From the NCBI GenBank assembly GCA_965285935.1, contig OZ260663.1:32426001-32490000 (forward strand): a stretch of 64,000 nucleotides of DNA. The letters run 5' to 3'. Both the position numbers and the translations under genes were made by a program. The DNA is from Ophelia neglecta. Its lineage: Eukaryota. This document shows positions 59,616 to 64,000 of this stretch, one piece after another. Numbering within the stretch: the stretch's first letter is position 1; each line of letters begins with the position of its first letter. Under the pieces are notes generated by a model, which was not told the DNA's origin, ran no database searches, and worked only from the letters and a program-made list of their open reading frames with translations.

Positions 59616-60220
59616 TAGTCTAACTCCACCAGCCTAAATGTATAATCCGCAAGCTACCTATCATTTAGTCTGATAACACTGCCTGCAGCCAAGTGCCCCA
59701 CTGAAACAGCCGGGAGATGGCGCAGCTAAGCCTAGCGTTTACGGTCAAAGCGAGGCTGTGAACTCTGACCTGCTGTGACCTAGTTTGAGCATTGCGTTCG
59801 GCAACCTTCGGGATTTCCCAGATCAGCTGTTTGATCCAACATGGCAGCTCATGTGTTCTCCGTGTTTATCGTGGTAGAATCAGGTGTTTCATTCGCTTGT
59901 TATGCCTAGTAAATTCATCTCACATTCAAAATGGAAGACACTCTGCAACCTTTTATCGGATGTAAACAGGTTCAATATTCCGAAGATTGCCGAGTCTGAT
60001 TCAAGTGCGAGCGTACCGACAGCAATATTGCTTGACACAGATAGCGTGGCCGCGTGTCCAATCACACCGCGCAGGGTGACCCGGTTTAGTGTACTGGTCG
60101 CTGATAGGCAGGACACAGATTCTGTGTCTCGAGGGCACTTGGCCAGAGGCAGTTTTACAAGACCCTACGGCGGTACATCAATATCTAAAAATACCGCGCG
60201 GAGGGGATGGCACAAGACTA
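59616..60220 (-). mobile_element. Non-autonomous AcademH-like DNA transposon, copy 2 (605 bp, inverted relative to copy 1)
   Basis: Termini TAGTCT...AGACTA. Perfect 9-bp TSD AGCTTTGAG at 59607-59615 and 60221-60229. Confidence 0.85.
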
Positions 60221-60348
60221 AGCTTTGAGTATTCTGGTCATAAATATCTCAGTCTACGCAACATGAAATGTTACAATTTAACTCTTTCACTGCCAAAGGT
60301 TAACCCAGCTGCATACTTGCGTTTGCCAATTTATTTCCATGTAATATA

Positions 60349-60528
60349 CAGTTGTCCCTGCAATGTAGGGCCACCCCAGAATCCAAGGTAAAGTGGCCCT
60401 ACATTGCAGGTGACCATTCTTCAGAGGTAGTTTAACATGGAAAAGATAGGACATGGGAATTCAAAAAAACTGTCCTGCCATCGCAGGTGGCCCTTCATCG
60501 GAGGGGCCATACATTGCAGGCACCACTG
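60349..60528 (+). mobile_element. 180-bp Tc1/mariner-like MITE
   Basis: 24-bp imperfect TIRs CAGT(T/G)GT(C/G)CCTGCAATGTA(G/T)GGCC, with TA on both flanks. Confidence 0.8.
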
Positions 60529-61178
60529 TATATCAATTTTTTGTAGGCTTTTAATACTGGTATAAATTAACCCATGAGTAATAAGTATTAAACTGAGATT
60601 CCATAGGTAACATGTTTAGCTACATACTGTATATAATATCCTGGCAGTTGCCATAGTAACTGTACTTGTTGTGCTACTTGGTATGACATCATAAATGGCA
60701 AGGAAACATCTTGTCCACCAAAGTCGACATTGGCAGTGCAAGGGTAATGTCGAAAAAAGTCAACATTAATAGTGAAAGAGTTAATATCAGTACATGGCAT
60801 AACTTAAAAGTGACTTGCTGGACACTTAATATTTGAGTCTTGCTGATTTTCTACACATGTAAATAAAGCTGTAATTCACCTAATCAACTTCCACTTCAGC
60901 TTTCGCCGGGCAGTAGTACACTTACTTATATCATGCCCTGGAATGTGATAGTAATGATAATGACTAGTATTGAACCTATGGTGAATTAAAGGCAAAGCCC
61001 CAACGTGCAGCTCTATGGTGAAAGTCTGGGACTTTGTAACAAAGCTCCACATGTTGCATATCCAATATTTGTTTGTTATATATATAGCAAATGTTCACAT
61101 GATTCCATAATATGATCCTTGAGATCCTGTCATAGAATAGTGTTTAGTAAGGTGAGATAGTGACTATAATCATGCATT

Positions 61179-61222
61179 GCCCAGGCCTTACCAGGGGACG
61201 GCCCAGGCCTTACCAGGGGACG
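61179..61222 (+). repeat. Perfect 22-bp tandem duplication
   Basis: gcccaggccttaccaggggacg x2. Confidence 0.9.
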
Positions 61223-61599
61223 GGCGCTTCCTGCTACTCTCGTTGTTTACAGTCCCAGCACCCAGCTTGATTATTGAAGATAAAGCCAAGCACCAGAGTA
61301 GTCAGCATTCTGACTATCTGTTATTCAGCTATAATCAACAGACACCAAGTTTGAATGTCCTTTTACTGTCAAGTTAGTTGATGTGTTTTTAATGCTCCCC
61401 ACAATTTTAGAAAACAAGTGTGGGGACATGTATTGGGCTTTTTTCCACCAAAGTTGCCATTTGCTCAGGCTGTTGCTTGACAAATATTAGGCAACCAGGT
61501 ACTATATTTCACAGATGTTATACAGGTCTAGGAAATAAATTTAGGATAGGTGGCACCATCCTAGTGTTCAGGGGGGGTATCAGTGATGATGTCAAAATG

Positions 61600-63960
61600 G
61601 TGGAAATCTGTCAAAACATAGATTTGCAGCTGAAGTAAACTTGCATTGGTTGCACTTGAGGCGATAAAAGCAAGAAATAAGTTTAGGAGCAAAGGAAATC
61701 TGTTTGGAAGGCAAATTTTTTGGATGAAGTTTGGGTTCTTGGAAAGAATCGTATAAGTAACTGTTGTAAAAAAACTGCTGATATTTCATAAATGACATTA
61801 GTTTCCATGTATTTAAATATTTAAGCACCATGACTTGCATGAGCAGGTTATTTTATTGTCTCCTTGGTTTAAGATTGGCCTACCCTGGCAGGCTTCCTGC
61901 TGGAAGGAGCTTGGCTTACCTTCTTTGCAGTTGATGCCTGGGTGGTTGGGTCAGAAGGCATATGTTATATGACCTGTAATTTTCCATAACACACTTCATG
62001 TAGCACAATATTACTGTCATAATAAATATGTGCAGTTTGCTGTTAAGGAATTCTGGTTTCGTAAGTGTTCTTTTTATTTTAGTGTTCGGTCTCATATATA
62101 GTACTCTGGTTCATCACATATTGGTGCCTGCCGAACAAGTGCCATTCTTTTGCACAGGTTTATTTTGCAGGATAAATTCACTGGCCAATCGATGCATCCA
62201 TAGGAAAACTAGTTTTCTCCTGCACAATAAAGCTGGTGAAACCCTTTTTCCCCGGACATATTGATTTTTATCTAGTTTTGATTGGAAGTCCGAAACTCCG
62301 AATATATACCAAATATAGAGTATACAGGTATAGGGAATTGGTTTGAGAGATAGTAGGAGCCTCCCTTGTGCCTTTATACTACTTCCTCTGCAGCAGTACC
62401 ATGAAAAACCTTGTTTAAAAGTTGGGACAAAAATATTGGAAATGCAGGGCTTAAATTGACAGGGACAAAGCTTAAACATAGGCTTAATACATAACACAGT
62501 GCTAAATACAAAATGCGGCAGACAGGAGTGGTCTTATTTTTGAAAGATCACTGACAAGAGGGCACACAAACTGTCAAGACTGCAGGGCTAAGGTTGACAA
62601 AAAAGAAGTGTTTCAGGCCTAAAATCAGATTGGGCAACTCAGAATATACTTAGTTGCTACTGTAATGCAAAAGCCTTTTTTTTTTTTTTTCACCTTAATT
62701 TAGGCAATTTTAAGTGCCTCAAGCTAAATAAATCAGTTTTAGGGGGTGGGGGGTGGGGAGTAATTTTGTGTGTGAACAAAACATCATCATTCTGTAATTG
62801 GTGAATTGAGAACAGCTGCAGCACTTAGATCATTGTAAGAGAAGGTTATGGTATTAACAAGTCTGATTTCCTGGCTTGTTTAGGTTAAAAAAGCCAGACA
62901 TTGCATTTGTTTAACGTAAAACCCCAAACAACAACAACAACAACAGTAGTAAGGTATAGATTCTAACACATTTCATCGCAGGTGTAGTGTTATCTGACAT
63001 TATTCTAGGCACAACTGGTGTGGTCAACTAATGTAATGGCAAAAATCACACTTCAGTAGGGCAAGATGGAAATCTGGCCAAGATTGAAACATAAAGGGTT
63101 TTATGAAATATAACAGACAATGGTAACACAAGATTTATTATTTAGGCCACTGAAAGTTGATAAAATGATTTTCAAGCGCCAACCCCTCCTTCCATAATTG
63201 CTGCACAAATATATTTTATAATAATTCCCCCCTCCCCCCCCCACAAAAAGCCACTGCCGCAACAGGCGAGCAACCATAATCAGGTTTATAAAAAAAATGT
63301 GCCTGCCTCTGTTGAATGGGCTAAGTAAAAAAAGAAAATCACCTGTTTCCCACATTACCTTTTGTCTCATCAACCAGTCGATCATTGTTAAAGTGCCATT
63401 TGTTCAAGAACTGGTCTTATTTCTCTTACTAATTCCTAGTTACAGTCAAACTAAAGCGTTTCTTGTGACAGACATAAATTCCTCTGCAAGCCAAGTGGAA
63501 GTGGTAACATTAAGGGAAGTTATGAAACTAAATACACACTTCTTTTAATTTGCAAGAGCATTTCTTTGCACCCGTGAGGCAAAAAAAAAAACCCTTAGCC
63601 CTCACAATATATTTTAATATGTAAAAAGAAAACCCTCCCACCCACACTATAATGGGTATGCAAAAAAGGGCTGCCCACCTGCACCAGATGATTCATATAT
63701 AGTTGAAAAAGAGGCCTCATCACTCCTGTTAACCAAATTGTCTGGGAATCATCTGTTTTGGCAACAAAAAGGTTTAAATCCCTCCTGCCTCATTTTTCTT
63801 GAAAAAAATTGCCTGAGAGCCCTCTTATTAACCTTAGTGGTCGAACTGACAATATTTTTTATAATATTAATTTCTGAGTCATCCCAAGTGACTGATCCAA
63901 TGGTTGAGTCTACTTGTTTGTCTGTGTGTTGCTAGCCATTTTCCTTATTAGGGGTTTTAA
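61600..63960 (-). mobile_element. Highly degraded L1/Tx1-like LINE ORF2 fragments
   Basis: Broken frames include INIIKNIVSST..RQFF, WHFNNDRLVD and RLASEF, reminiscent of L1/Tx1 endonuclease, linker and RT motifs. Confidence 0.35.
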
Positions 63961-64000
63961 TGTACGGGTACATGTCAATAGAACTAAGAGGGTCTCCAGA

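Noticed and set aside
59884-60391. ORFs of 100-114 aa shared with 26778-27124
   Set aside because: They lie within the non-autonomous MITE copies and have no transposase motifs.
60724-60753. Small hairpin with TGGCAGTG (miR-34 seed)
   Set aside because: Only an 8-bp stem, and the rest does not match miR-34.

Overview
AT-rich, intron- and repeat-rich animal genomic DNA. The repeat types suggest a lophotrochozoan such as a mollusc, but this is inference only. I could reconstruct two genes by hand from splice sites. (1) A 15-coding-exon aminopeptidase O (AOPEP, M1 family) gene on the minus strand, CDS 50367->18647. It has an intact HEISH-X18-E zinc motif and catalytic Tyr, one GC-AG intron, an altered GXMEN motif (MAMCN), and two frameshifted exons (98 nt and 116 nt). 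It is therefore either a damaged allele or mis-assembled. (2) A small plus-strand gene absent from the ORF track, tail-to-tail with AOPEP, with exons 10445-10513 and 15271-15410 and probably 3308-3372. It encodes a prohormone-like precursor: a KR cleavage site followed by a 47-aa peptide with a near-symmetric six-cysteine frame (C-X4-C-X6-C-X12-C-X6-C-X3-C), suggesting a disulfide-stapled helical hairpin of no family I recognise. This is the best candidate for an undescribed system here. Introns and flanks hold two AcademH-like MITEs with 9-bp TSDs, a 1.7-kb TIR element with a 7-bp TSD carrying a 202-bp tandem array, hAT- and Tc1/mariner-like MITEs, degraded Gypsy, BEL and LINE relics, a tRNA-Arg-derived relic, several minisatellites and a 142-N gap. 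A likely bidirectional promoter lies at about 51.8-52.2 kb.
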